Shown: positions 35,327-44,105 of the stretch, piece by piece | Position numbering within the stretch: position 1 is the first letter of the stretch | How the letters are laid out: every line of letters begins with the position of its first letter | Origin: an uncultured Bacteroidota bacterium | GTDB taxonomy: Bacteria; Bacteroidota; Ignavibacteria; UBA10030; UBA6906 | DNA length: 64,000 bases | Assembly (NCBI GenBank): GCA_963700635.1 | Contig: CAVOYH010000003.1 | Coordinates: 896,001 to 960,000 of the forward strand | Reading direction: 5' to 3' | The notes under the pieces: generated by a model | The model's input: only the letters and a program-made list of their open reading frames with translations | The model's database searches: none | Told to the model about the DNA's origin: nothing | Program-made: the position numbers and the translations under genes

Positions 35327-36499
35327 ATGGACTTGCTCCGCATCCAGGAGGCTCTCCGCCAACGGAAGATCGGCGGGTGGTTGCTCTGCGATTTTCATAA
35401 CCGCGATCATCTTGCCATTCATATTCTCGGACTTGACCCCAAACGTATGACGACGCGCCGCTGGTTTTATTATATACCGGCCCGCGGCAAACCGAAGAAA
35501 CTGGTTCATACTGTGGAGAAGGGAAAGCTCGACACTCTGCCCGGAAACAAGACCGTCTATCTGTCCTGGGAACAGCTGCATGCCTCGCTCAAGAAGATGC
35601 TCGGTCCCGCCAAACGTATTGCCATGCAGTACTCGCCGAAGAACAACATTCCGGCGGTGTCCCTGGTGGACGCCGGCACGATCGAATTAGTCCGGAGTTT
35701 CGGACACAAAGTCGTTTCCTCGGCCGATCTTGTTCAATTGTTTGAAGCCGTGATTGACGAAAAAGGATATCAGCTTCACAAGGAGGCAGCGGCGATTGTC
35801 GACCGGATTCGCGCTGAGGCATTCAGCCGTATTCGCGATGGCATCCGGACCGGGGATGGTATCTCCGAGTATGACATCACCCAGATGATCCTGCGGCGGT
35901 TCAAGGAAGAGGGGCTTACCACCGCGGATGCTCCGATCGTCGGATCGAACGAACATCCGACCGATCCACATTTTGAATCGAAGCCGGGGAATAACAGGCC
36001 GTTTGCGCCGGGCGATACCGTCCTTATCGATCTGTGGGCGAAGAAGGATGTGCCGGCGGGCATCTACTACGATATCACATGGCTCGGCTACATCGGTGCG
36101 ACGCCTCCGGCGGAATACGAAAAGATCTTTAAGGTAGTGGTCCGTGCCCGTGATGCCGCCATTACATTTGTGAAGGAACGATTTGCGTCGAATCGCCCCT
36201 GTGCGGGGTGGGAAGTGGACGAAGTTTGTCGCGGTGTCGTGAAAAAGGCGGGGTACGGCAAGTATTTTGTCCATCGCACCGGCCATTCGATAGGCGGGGA
36301 AACCCACGGGAATGGCGGGAACATCGACAATCTCGAGACACGTGACGACCGCCAGCTGGTGCCCGGCTGTTGCTTTTCCATTGAACCCGGAATCTATCTC
36401 GAAAGAATGGCGGCACGAACCGAGATTAATATCTTCATCCGCCACGACGGAGTTCCGGAAGTGACGGGGGAGATGCAGAAGGAGCTGGTGCTGCTGTAG
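35327..36499 (+). CDS. M24 (Xaa-Pro) aminopeptidase
   Basis: LIDLW, YYDITW, HRTGHSIG, SIEPGIY, RTE. Confidence 0.92.
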   Translation: MDLLRIQEALRQRKIGGWLLCDFHNRDHLAIHILGLDPKRMTTRRWFYYIPARGKPKKLVHTVEKGKLDTLPGNKTVYLSWEQLHASLKKMLGPAKRIAMQYSPKNNIPAVSLVDAGTIELVRSFGHKVVSSADLVQLFEAVIDEKGYQLHKEAAAIVDRIRAEAFSRIRDGIRTGDGISEYDITQMILRRFKEEGLTTADAPIVGSNEHPTDPHFESKPGNNRPFAPGDTVLIDLWAKKDVPAGIYYDITWLGYIGATPPAEYEKIFKVVVRARDAAITFVKERFASNRPCAGWEVDEVCRGVVKKAGYGKYFVHRTGHSIGGETHGNGGNIDNLETRDDRQLVPGCCFSIEPGIYLERMAARTEINIFIRHDGVPEVTGEMQKELVLL

Positions 36500-36564
36500 A
36501 TCCCGGACCAGTCCGGTCCGGCGCTCCGTGTCGGACGTTCTCCAACATTCATCAGAGAAAGCCT

Positions 36565-37842
36565 ATGTCCTCATCCTTCCGCCTCTCCACCGTCCGCAAC
36601 GGGTTTCATCCGACGTTCTGGGTAGCCAACGGCATGGAGCTGTTCGAGCGGCTCGCGTACTACGGGCAGCAGACCATCCTTGTAATTTATCTGCGTGACA
36701 GTCTCGGGTATACGGCGCAGGAAGTCGGCAACCTGTCCGCAATGTTCGGTGGTCTGATTTATCTCCTGCCGATCGTGGCGGGGACGATCGCGGATCGACT
36801 CGGGTTCCGGAAGGCCTTCTCCATCGCGTTCTTCATCCTTGCGGTCGGGTACTTCATGATCGGATTCACCGGGATGGCGCCGATGCAGGGCGCGCTCGGT
36901 CAGCCGCCCAGTTTCTGGCTGATGATGTTAATGATTGTTTTTACCGCCATCGGAGGCTCCTTTATCAAGCCAGCGGTGCTCGGAACGGTTGCCATCACCT
37001 CGCAACCCGAGACCAAATCGTTGGGCTTTGCAATTTATTACTGGATTGTGAACATCGGCGCAGCACTCGGGCCGGTGATTGCGTTTCTGGTTCGCGACAG
37101 CATAGGCATCCAGTACGTCTATATGGTCTCCGCCATAAGTTGCGCCCTCATGCTGATCGTGAACCTGTTGTTCTACAAGGAAGTGCGCGATGCCGCGCAC
37201 ACAGTTCAAGAGACCCTCGCCGATAAGATGCGCAATCTTGTCTTTGTGCTCGGCAATTTCAAGTTTATGATTTTCCTGCTGATCTTCTCATTGTACTGGA
37301 TCGTGTTCTGGCAGATCTTTATCCTGGTGCCATTTTATGTGAACGATTTTATTTCGCCCGACGCGCCCTATGAGATCATCATGTCTGCGGGAGCATTCGG
37401 CATTATTGTCTTCCAGCTTTCGATCAACTGGCTTACGCGCGGCCTCTCGCCGCGCACTTCGATCCTGATCGGTTTTGGAATCTCCAGCCTGCTCTGGCTC
37501 ATTGTCGCGATCCATCCCACGATCTGGACCATTGTGGCCGGGATTCTGGTCTTCTCGATCGGAGAAATGATTCAGGCGCCGCGGTATTACGAGTACATCT
37601 CCACCCTTGCGCCTCCGGGACAGCAGGGGCTCTTTCAGGGATATGCCTTCCTTCCCATTGCCATTGCGCGGTTTGTCGGTGATCCCATCGGCGCGTATCT
37701 GTACTCCACCTATGCGCATACGTCGGTCGGACCGCAGGGTGTCTTCCTTATGGTGTTTGGGATTGGCGTCGTGGCGACAATTCTTATGGCGATCTACAAT
37801 GCCGTCGTGTCTGCGGGCGAGAGGAAGGCCCAAGGGGTGTAA
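36565..37842 (+). CDS. POT/PTR-family MFS peptide transporter
   Basis: ELFERLAYYG, GGSFIKP, FAIYYWIVNIG. Confidence 0.9.
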   Translation: MSSSFRLSTVRNGFHPTFWVANGMELFERLAYYGQQTILVIYLRDSLGYTAQEVGNLSAMFGGLIYLLPIVAGTIADRLGFRKAFSIAFFILAVGYFMIGFTGMAPMQGALGQPPSFWLMMLMIVFTAIGGSFIKPAVLGTVAITSQPETKSLGFAIYYWIVNIGAALGPVIAFLVRDSIGIQYVYMVSAISCALMLIVNLLFYKEVRDAAHTVQETLADKMRNLVFVLGNFKFMIFLLIFSLYWIVFWQIFILVPFYVNDFISPDAPYEIIMSAGAFGIIVFQLSINWLTRGLSPRTSILIGFGISSLLWLIVAIHPTIWTIVAGILVFSIGEMIQAPRYYEYISTLAPPGQQGLFQGYAFLPIAIARFVGDPIGAYLYSTYAHTSVGPQGVFLMVFGIGVVATILMAIYNAVVSAGERKAQGV

Positions 37843-37844
37843 CT

Positions 37845-38543
37845 ATGGAATACGTGTGGATCGGGCTCCTTGCCTTTTTCCTCCAGGGCACTCCTGACGG
37901 ACGCACCATCCTTTCGAAGGTAGAGGCGCAGGTCGGGAAGGTGAAGGACTACACCGTTACCCTCGATGTTGTTGCCGATATCGAAAGGCTCAAAGTTCCA
38001 CCGATGCATGCGACGATGTACTACAAACACCCTGACAAAGTATTTTTTGATACAAAGGGATTTGCCATGCTCCCGCGCGAAAGTATGGGGCTCCAGTTCG
38101 GCGGCCTCAGCCGGCGGTATGCGGTGGACAGCGTACGACGGGAGGGGAAAGGTACTCCCGTGGTGTATCGTCTGGTGATGCATCCCCGTGATGAACGGAC
38201 TGCCTTCCATACGGTATACGTGTGGATTAACGGCGACCGGTGGACGCCCGAGCGGCTTGAGATTCCCCGGAGCGGAGGCAAGTCGATGCGCGCAACATTT
38301 CGCTACGAACATGTTCAGGGATTCTGGCTGCCGACGGAGTTGACGGCTCAGTTTGATGTGTCGCTGCCCGACTCCGCTCCGGCCGCGCCGACAGATCCTT
38401 TTAGTCTCGCAGAGCCATCGACGCGCGCAACATCGAGAGGAAACCAGCGCACCGGACAGGTAACGGTGCGCTACTCTGACTACCGGGTGAACACCGGACT
38501 GCCGGACGATATTTTTATGAAGCCGGAAGGAACAAAGGAGTAG
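37845..38543 (+). CDS. LolA-fold exported protein
   Basis: Signal peptide; YYKHPDK, VYVWIN, YSDYRVNTGLPDDIF. Confidence 0.7.
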   Translation: MEYVWIGLLAFFLQGTPDGRTILSKVEAQVGKVKDYTVTLDVVADIERLKVPPMHATMYYKHPDKVFFDTKGFAMLPRESMGLQFGGLSRRYAVDSVRREGKGTPVVYRLVMHPRDERTAFHTVYVWINGDRWTPERLEIPRSGGKSMRATFRYEHVQGFWLPTELTAQFDVSLPDSAPAAPTDPFSLAEPSTRATSRGNQRTGQVTVRYSDYRVNTGLPDDIFMKPEGTKE

Positions 38544-38556
38544 GCGGATCGGTTGC

Positions 38557-38585
38557 TTGACAATGGATGCTGAGCACGGTATATT
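38557..38585 (+). promoter_or_regulatory. sigma70 promoter of riboswitch-nrdJ
   Basis: TTGACA-17 nt-TATATT. Confidence 0.8.
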
Positions 38586-38601
38586 GGCAGCAGTTCATTC
38601 T

Positions 38602-38777
38602 CAATGATGTATCCGGTCAAGGGAATTCCGTCAAAGCGGAAGCTGCCCCGCAACTGTATGTGACAACCGGCGTACGCGCCACTGACTCTGCGGATGGTCG
38701 GGAAGGCGCTACCGCAGTCCATGTCACGAGCCAGGAGACCTGCCGGTTTCATTGTCACGAAAACCTTCGCGGGAAGG
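38602..38777 (+). ncRNA. Cobalamin (AdoCbl-type) riboswitch
   Basis: AAGGGAA, P4 TTCCG/CGGAA, GCCCCGCAACTGT, GCCACTG, GGGAAGGC, B12 box GAGCCAGGAGACCTGCC, P1 CAATGA/TCATTG, P13 CCTTC-GCGG-GAAGG. Confidence 0.93.
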
Positions 38778-38820
38778 GAACTGATACACACAGGTTGGCA
38801 CCCACATCACACCTGTGTAC

Positions 38821-38854
38821 GCCCCTGTTTTCCCGCAGAAGAGAGGGGTTTTTT
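38821..38854 (+). terminator. Riboswitch-controlled attenuator terminator
   Basis: GCCCCTGTTTTC-CCGCA-GAAGAGAGGGG followed by TTTTTT; its TTCCCGC can alternatively pair with GCGGGAA in P13. Confidence 0.8.
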
Positions 38855-38873
38855 CATTTCAGGAGAGAAGCGT

Positions 38874-41399
38874 ATGGTGTTGCAGGACATGTTCGCCTTA
38901 AGAGGCAAGACGGCACGCCGCATCGGTGAAGATCGCACGGCGATGTATCAGCAACTCTATGCAGAACTCTCAGACAAAGTTGAAAACGGAACACTTCCGA
39001 GTCATCCCGACTACTTGTGCGGAAACGAACTCGCTTCCAATATCTATCGCAAAAAGTACTTCGTCAAGGATCTGGGCGGCCAGGCGGTTGAACAAAGGCC
39101 AGAAGATGTGTTTGTACGTCTCGCCTCCTTCCTCGCTTCGACGGAAAAAACCCCCGAACTCCGGACCCGCTGGGCTGAAAGCTTCTATCGTATGCTCTAT
39201 GAAGGCCGGTTCATCAGCGGCGGACGCGTGCTTGCAGGGGCCGGTGACCTGTACCGGCTCAAGACCCTGGCGAACTGTTTCGTTACCACAATCAAAGAAG
39301 ACAATATCGAGTCTATTTACCAGGCGGCATATGAATGCGCCCGGACCTACTCCTACGGCGGCGGCATCGGGGTGGATATCAGCGGACTCCGTCCGAAAGA
39401 TTCCGTGGTCCACAATGCAGCCGACAAATCTACCGGCGCTGTTTCGTTTATGGATATCTTCTCGTTGACCACCGGCCTGATCGGGCAGAGCGGACGGCGG
39501 GGAGCGCTGATGTTGACGATTGACATCAAACATCCCGACGTTCTTGACTTTGTCCGCGTTAAAAAGGTCCCGAACTGGGTCACACATCAGATTGTGGAAC
39601 AATGCCAGTGGTCCGGACGGTTTGATGATGCGCAACTACGGGAAATTGAACGGCAGGTGCGGGAAAACACGCAGGTGCGGTTTGCCAATATCAGCATCAA
39701 GGCAACCGACGAATTTATGCAGGCCGTGGATGAACAAACGCGCTACGGACCGGCCGCAATTCTGGTCTATCGAAAATTCTCCCGTCCCACGGTGTTCTCC
39801 GCGTACCAGGATCAGGACCATCATTATTCCTTTGGCATTCCCGCAAAAGACATCACCGGATACGAATTTGCCGGTGATTTTGCCACACTCGAAGGCCTGA
39901 ATAAATGGCTGGAGAAACAGGGAGGCGGCGCAGTCACGGAAGACCAGCTTGCCGACGGAAGCACCCGCGACGTCTACGGTGACGTCGTTGTGGAGCTCCC
40001 GCAGCAGAAATACGATCTGGCCGTTCGCGTTGCAGGTGATTTTATGCTGTATTTTGCCTCGGCGCAGACCGGCGAAATCCGGCGCCTGACCAAGGCCAGA
40101 GAAATCTGGGATGCCTTTATCGAAAGCAACTACCACACGGCAGAACCCGGACTCATATTCTGGACGGCGATGGCCAAGTACAGTCCGTCGAATTATGTGG
40201 GCAGGCCAATAGCCTGTACCAACCCGTGTGCGGAAGTCCCCCTGGAAGACGGCGGTGCCTGCAACCTCGGCTCCATTAATCTGAGCAGGTTTGTGGTGGA
40301 CGGGTACACGGAAAAAGCCCGGGTGGACTGGCAGGCCCTGACTGAAGTGACACACCATGCGGTGCGGTTTCTTGACAATGTGGTGCTCTGGAACGAGATT
40401 CTGAACCCCCTTGAAAAACAGCGTCGGGCTGCATCGGAGACACGGCGCCTTGGCCTCGGGGTCATGGGTATTGCGGATATGGTCAACCAGCTCGGCAAGA
40501 TGTACGATAGTGATGAAGCGGTGGAGCTGATGGAACGGGTGATGGAGACCATATGTAATGCCGCGTACCAATCGTCAGCACTCCTTGCCGCTGAAAAAGG
40601 CCCCTCCCCGATCTTTTCCTTCGAGGACTATGCGCGGTGCCCGTTCTTCCAGGAAGCGCTCAGCGATGAAACGCGGGCGCTGATACAGGAACACGGGCTG
40701 CGTAATATCGCCATCATGTCCATTGCGCCAACCGGGAGTATTTCCAATATCGTCCTGGGTTTTGCCCACCAGGGAAAAAACTATATCGGTGTGTCAGGCG
40801 GCGTCGAACCGGTCTTTGCACTGTACTACTCACGCCGATCGGAATCCTTTGGCAATCAGATCTTTCGCGTCTTCCACAGCACGGTGCAGGCGTACCTGGA
40901 GATGCACGGACTTGCGGAAGAAGCCCAGAAGAAACCGCTGGATGAATTGTTGCCGGCGCACTTCTTCCGGACAGCGCACGTTATTGCGCCGGACATGAGG
41001 GTCCAGGTCCAGGGAACATGTCAGAAGTTCGTGGATCACTCCATCTCATCAACGGTGAACCTCCCGGAGGATATCGAGCCGGAAGTGATTTCAAGAATAT
41101 ACGTGCAGGCGTGGAAGAGCGGGCTGAAGGGAATCACCGTCTATCGTGACGGAAGCAGGTATCCTATCCTCAGTGTTGACGGCAAGCACACGCCATTTCA
41201 GGAGATCAAAAACAAGAAGTATGCGCTGCGTGTACCGCAGGCGGAGGGAGAGAAACAACAGGTGCAGGAGGTTGCAGGCGAAGAGGTCATACGGATGCCG
41301 GACGGGCGGTTGACGACGGTGTATCATCTGCTGAAACGGCGCGAACAGTCCCGCGATGAGACGCCGAAGGCGACGGAAGTTATACTGAATCAGAACTGA
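38874..41399 (+). CDS. nrdJa: Class II (adenosylcobalamin-dependent) ribonucleotide reductase, large part
   Basis: LANCF, GGGIG, RRGALM, EPGLIF, TNPCAE, CNLGSINL, IAPTGSIS, SISSTVN, KGITVYRDGSR; AGGAGA RBS. Confidence 0.93.
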   Translation: MVLQDMFALRGKTARRIGEDRTAMYQQLYAELSDKVENGTLPSHPDYLCGNELASNIYRKKYFVKDLGGQAVEQRPEDVFVRLASFLASTEKTPELRTRWAESFYRMLYEGRFISGGRVLAGAGDLYRLKTLANCFVTTIKEDNIESIYQAAYECARTYSYGGGIGVDISGLRPKDSVVHNAADKSTGAVSFMDIFSLTTGLIGQSGRRGALMLTIDIKHPDVLDFVRVKKVPNWVTHQIVEQCQWSGRFDDAQLREIERQVRENTQVRFANISIKATDEFMQAVDEQTRYGPAAILVYRKFSRPTVFSAYQDQDHHYSFGIPAKDITGYEFAGDFATLEGLNKWLEKQGGGAVTEDQLADGSTRDVYGDVVVELPQQKYDLAVRVAGDFMLYFASAQTGEIRRLTKAREIWDAFIESNYHTAEPGLIFWTAMAKYSPSNYVGRPIACTNPCAEVPLEDGGACNLGSINLSRFVVDGYTEKARVDWQALTEVTHHAVRFLDNVVLWNEILNPLEKQRRAASETRRLGLGVMGIADMVNQLGKMYDSDEAVELMERVMETICNAAYQSSALLAAEKGPSPIFSFEDYARCPFFQEALSDETRALIQEHGLRNIAIMSIAPTGSISNIVLGFAHQGKNYIGVSGGVEPVFALYYSRRSESFGNQIFRVFHSTVQAYLEMHGLAEEAQKKPLDELLPAHFFRTAHVIAPDMRVQVQGTCQKFVDHSISSTVNLPEDIEPEVISRIYVQAWKSGLKGITVYRDGSRYPILSVDGKHTPFQEIKNKKYALRVPQAEGEKQQVQEVAGEEVIRMPDGRLTTVYHLLKRREQSRDETPKATEVILNQN

Positions 41400-41475
41400 C
41401 CTCCGACCGGCAGCAATCTGCCGTAACGATGCGGCGGACGTACGATAGAGCAGGAACATCTCGTAAGGATTACCG

Positions 41476-42087
41476 ATGCTGACACTTCCCACAGGTACGT
41501 ACGACATTGAAGAGATTAAACGCGAGAAAGCACTCATTCCGCGGCTGGAGGCGGGAGAGACGGTAATCGGAACGCGGCCGGATGTCACCGAGGCCCGCGT
41601 CTACCGTTTGCGGAGCGGGTTTGTTAACAATAGTGTGTTCATCACGCTGGGGTACATCCGCGAGGACGGTAAGAACCGTCCGATTGAAATCTTCATTAAC
41701 AGCAAGGACCTCACCAGAGCTGCGGAATATGCCGTCCTCACGCGGCTGATTTCGGCGATATTCCGAAAATCAACCGACCCGACATTTATTCTTGAGGAAC
41801 TCCGGGGGATCTATGATCCGAACGGCGGTTACTTCAAGGATGGTAAATATATCCATTCCTTCTACGCGGAAATCGCAAAGGTCATCGAACAGTTTTTCGA
41901 AGACATCGGAGTCACCCCTATAAAGGGCGGAGCGCAGCCGGTGAACGTGATTGTCTCCCAGGTGCCGGACGACGGCCTCAGTGCCTTGAAAATCTGTCCG
42001 AAGTGCGGCGACCGGTCGGTAAAAATCGAAAACGGCTGTCTGGCCTGTGTCAACGCAGAGTGCGGGTACAGTAAGTGTGATGATTAA
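41476..42087 (+). CDS. nrdJb: Class II RNR C-terminal subunit (TSCPD domain plus Cys-rich tail)
   Basis: RPIEIFIN, LTRLISAIFR, ILEELRGI, CPKCG...GCLAC..CGYSKCD. Confidence 0.88.
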   Translation: MLTLPTGTYDIEEIKREKALIPRLEAGETVIGTRPDVTEARVYRLRSGFVNNSVFITLGYIREDGKNRPIEIFINSKDLTRAAEYAVLTRLISAIFRKSTDPTFILEELRGIYDPNGGYFKDGKYIHSFYAEIAKVIEQFFEDIGVTPIKGGAQPVNVIVSQVPDDGLSALKICPKCGDRSVKIENGCLACVNAECGYSKCDD

Positions 42088-42117
42088 CCGGAGAGAGTGT
42101 GCGGCCCCGCCTTCGCG

Positions 42118-42146
42118 TTGACTTCATCTCTGAATCCTCGTATCAT
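42118..42146 (+). promoter_or_regulatory. sigma70 promoter of dtxR-feoB
   Basis: TTGACT-17 nt-TATCAT. Confidence 0.7.
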
Positions 42147-42198
42147 ACATACAGCAACGGAACCTCTTTCCTTCGCGATTGTTGCTCTATGGCACAGA

Positions 42199-43227
42199 AT
42201 GAATTCCCCAATCCTTACCATATCGCTGTTCTTCCTGCTTATCGCCGTGCTGGCGTTGCTTGTCTGGCCCGGAAAAGGACTGGTTTCGCGCCTGCGCGTT
42301 GCGCGTAAGGAGAAATCCCGGTCGGTCCTTGAAGACGTGCTCAAACACGCATACGACTGCCAGTACCGATCTGTCGCTTGCACGGTCGAAAGTATTGCTG
42401 GTGTACTCCAGACGTCCATCGGAAATGCGACCCATCATGCAACACGCCTGGAGTCGATGGGATTGCTGGAGCACCACGGTCCCGCCCTGCGGCTCACCGC
42501 CGATGGCACATCGTATGCGCTTCGTGTTATCCGCATACACCGGCTCTGGGAGCGGTATCTCGCGGATGAGACCAGTGTTCGTGAAGCCGACTGGCACCGT
42601 GAGGCCGAGCGGCAGGAGCATCGACTCTCACCTGCAGATGCGGATGCGCTTGCTGCCCGGCTTTCGAACCCGCAGCTCGATCCTCACGGTGATCCAATCC
42701 CGTCCGCGACCGGCGAACTTCCTTCAATCCCGGGCGAACCTCTGTCAGTCCTTCCTGAAGGAGAATTCGGGCGCATCGTACACATTGAAGATGAGCCGCC
42801 GGAAATCTACGCCCAGCTTGCAGCGTTGGGTCTGCACCCCGGCATGCAGTTGCAGATGATCCAGAACAAACCACAACATGTGCGCTTCGAAGCGCAGGGT
42901 GAGGAGATGCTGCTGGCATCCCCCCTCGCCCGTCATGTCACCGTCGTGCTGCTTCCCGAAGAACGCCGGAATCGGGGCCCGTTCAAGACACTCACATCTA
43001 TTCAAACCGGACAGACCGCGGTCGTCACCGCCATTTCACGGGCCTGCCGCGGGCAACAACGGCGCCGGATTATGGATCTTGGCATCGTGCCCGGGACACA
43101 TATTTCGGCGGAACTGGACAGTCTGACCGGGAACCCACGAGCGTATCAGGTGCGCGGAACGCTTGTGGCCCTCCGGGAGGAACAGGCCGATCACATTTTT
43201 ATTGAACCGGTTGCAGGTCACGCATGA
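42199..43227 (+). CDS. DtxR/MntR-family metal regulator with N-terminal TM and two FeoA (SH3) domains
   Basis: [34 protein letters not shown] and MDLGIVPG...[11 protein letters not shown]. Confidence 0.88.
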   Translation: MNSPILTISLFFLLIAVLALLVWPGKGLVSRLRVARKEKSRSVLEDVLKHAYDCQYRSVACTVESIAGVLQTSIGNATHHATRLESMGLLEHHGPALRLTADGTSYALRVIRIHRLWERYLADETSVREADWHREAERQEHRLSPADADALAARLSNPQLDPHGDPIPSATGELPSIPGEPLSVLPEGEFGRIVHIEDEPPEIYAQLAALGLHPGMQLQMIQNKPQHVRFEAQGEEMLLASPLARHVTVVLLPEERRNRGPFKTLTSIQTGQTAVVTAISRACRGQQRRRIMDLGIVPGTHISAELDSLTGNPRAYQVRGTLVALREEQADHIFIEPVAGHA

Positions 43228-44051
43228 GCGACGTACCAAACGATGCCTGCGCGACATGCCCTGCGTTTAACGCCGGTCATCTCACCCGGCTGGGTATCAA
43301 CCTCGCCAACGTTGACTTTGTCATTGCTCTGGCCGGCAATCCGAATACCGGAAAGAGCACGGTGTTTAATGCCCTGACCGGACTGCGACAGCATACGGGT
43401 AACTGGCCGGGGAAGACCGTTGCACGGGCGGAAGGAGGATTCGCGTACAGAGAGAAACGATTCAAGATTGTGGATCTCCCCGGTACGTATTCGCTCCTGT
43501 CGACCAGCGCTGACGAGGAAGTAGCCCGTGATTTTATTCTCTTCGGCAAACCCGATGTCACCGTGATTATCGCGGACGCGACGCGTCTGGAGCGAAACCT
43601 CAATCTCGTCCTTCAAGTGCTCGAGATTACAGATAAAGCCGTATTGTGCGTGAATCTTATCGATGAAGCACGGCGACATAACCTGAATGTTGATGACCGC
43701 GCCCTTGCACGTGAACTGGGCATCCCTGTGGTGCTTACCGCGGCACGGCAACGCGAAGGGATTGATCTCCTTCTGAAGCAGATATTCGATGTTGCCACCG
43801 GTGCGTTTGTGTGCAAACCTCACCGGGTGCAGACAATACCACCGGCAGTCGCCAGGGCGGTAGAACGAATCACCGAGCGTGTGACCGGACTCTTTCCGGG
43901 TCTGCCCAATGCCCGTTGGGTCGCGTTACGGCTGTTGGAAGGCGACCAGCGTATGATTGATGCTGTACAGAGCGGCGAGCTGAACACACTGGTCGACGGG
44001 GCACAGGGGGTGGCGCCACGCGATCACGCGGAAGTCGATGCTGCATCCTGA
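43224..44051 (+). CDS. feoB: FeoB N-terminal GTPase part
   Basis: [32 protein letters not shown]. Confidence 0.93.
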   Translation: MSDVPNDACATCPAFNAGHLTRLGINLANVDFVIALAGNPNTGKSTVFNALTGLRQHTGNWPGKTVARAEGGFAYREKRFKIVDLPGTYSLLSTSADEEVARDFILFGKPDVTVIIADATRLERNLNLVLQVLEITDKAVLCVNLIDEARRHNLNVDDRALARELGIPVVLTAARQREGIDLLLKQIFDVATGAFVCKPHRVQTIPPAVARAVERITERVTGLFPGLPNARWVALRLLEGDQRMIDAVQSGELNTLVDGAQGVAPRDHAEVDAAS

Positions 44052-44105
44052 GTCGTCGGATGTATTCTTGACGTTTCGCGCATCGGTACGCTCTGCAATT
44101 CATCA

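Noticed and set aside
36500-36545. CCGGACC-AGTCC-GGTCCGG hairpin as a REP family
   Set aside because: No clear further copies found in the window
38572-38590. Possible NrdR box overlapping the nrdJ -10
   Set aside because: GCACGGTATATTGGC has several mismatches to the consensus and no second box was seen
38694-38873. N-terminal extension of the 901-aa RNR ORF
   Set aside because: It overlaps the riboswitch and terminator; a good SD precedes ATG 38874
39730-40035. Intein in NrdJa
   Set aside because: No splice-junction residues or homing endonuclease motifs
42088-42198. Riboswitch control extending to dtxR-feoB (cobalt uptake idea)
   Set aside because: A separate good promoter at 42118-42146 suggests independent transcription; read-through is not excluded
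44049-44095. Selenocysteine insertion at the feoB TGA
   Set aside because: Only a weak hairpin follows and the position is not a conserved Cys site
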